A DNA stretch of 62,301 nt, counting the filler, from Asterionella formosa (taxonomy: Eukaryota), in NCBI GenBank assembly GCA_002256025.1. It is 22 parts of 22 records of this genome, joined end to end, with 100 filler letters (N's around TTAATTAATTAA, not from the genome) between each part and the next. Parts side by side here need not be neighbours in the genome. Positions count along the whole stretch, not along the records: positions 59,578 to 62,301 come from NKIB01014893.1; 21 more parts are not named here. One strand, 5' to 3'. A model generated the notes under the pieces. The model did no database searches, had not been told where the DNA came from, and saw nothing but the letters and a program-made list of their open reading frames with translations. Below, one piece after another: positions 61,917 to 62,301 of the stretch. Numbering within the stretch: position 1 is the first letter of the stretch; each line of letters begins with the position of its first letter. The translations under genes and the position numbers were made by a program.

Positions 61917-62301
61917 ATGGCGTCCGCGGATGGGAACAACCATTCTCGGTCGAGTTTTGACTTTATGATGCAGACCGCAGAGGCTTCCGCGGCGAAGGCT
62001 CAAGATGTGCTCAAAGCATTCAAGCTCGAAATCCCATCCATGACGACCTCCGTCAGCGAGTCGCCGTCGCCCACGTACCTGGACACTGCCGGATTAGAAG
62101 GAGCCAAGACTCGGAGGTCTACCATTATGAAGAATAAACGACAGTATCGATATAAAGAAATAATCAGCAATGGAGACGAATTTGAAGATTGCGCTCCCAC
62201 CGTTGCCACTTCCACGACTTTGTCCACACCGACCAACGCTTCGGAGACTGCCAAAACAGGAACCGCAGAGCCAGCAACGGAGAAGAAACTTGACAAGTAT
62301 G
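61917..62301 (+). CDS. Hypothetical protein, 5' end (missed by the ORF track because it has no stop)
   Basis: ATG at 61917, 128 open codons MASADGNNHSRSSF...EKKLDKY to the window end. Confidence 0.6.
   Translation, partial: MASADGNNHSRSSFDFMMQTAEASAAKAQDVLKAFKLEIPSMTTSVSESPSPTYLDTAGLEGAKTRRSTIMKNKRQYRYKEIISNGDEFEDCAPTVATSTTLSTPTNASETAKTGTAEPATEKKLDKY

Overview
This is not one locus. It is an artificial concatenation of 22 unlinked contigs of about 2.72-2.76 kb, in roughly descending size order. Each join is a 100-bp spacer, N44-TTAATTAATTAA-N44, which puts a stop in all six frames. The 18S rRNA, CoDi-type Copia elements, CryptonS-like recombinase, PGRL1 and bipartite plastid presequence point to a diatom nuclear genome, probably pennate. 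Content is mostly transposon fragments: several Ty1/copia families, a Crypton-like tyrosine recombinase element, a MULE, pogo-like DDE remnants, a Harbinger-type element carrying a gene, and a TRIM-like mini-retroelement. It also holds rDNA pieces and truncated host genes: class III nucleotide cyclase, MFS, ABCB, tandem mitochondrial carriers, protein kinase and sulfotransferase. The strongest signal is one young Copia family whose 3' LTR joins rDNA exactly at its terminal CA in two separate contigs, once about 1 kb upstream of 18S and once inside 28S, suggesting an rDNA-preferring LTR retrotransposon. Other highlights are tRNA-type Pol III promoter boxes in LTR elements, a half-tRNA primer-binding site, host-gene capture by TEs, recurrent CpG-type decay of TE genes, and dispersed GGTACC-rich palindromic clusters. 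All family assignments come from motif recognition; no database searches were run.
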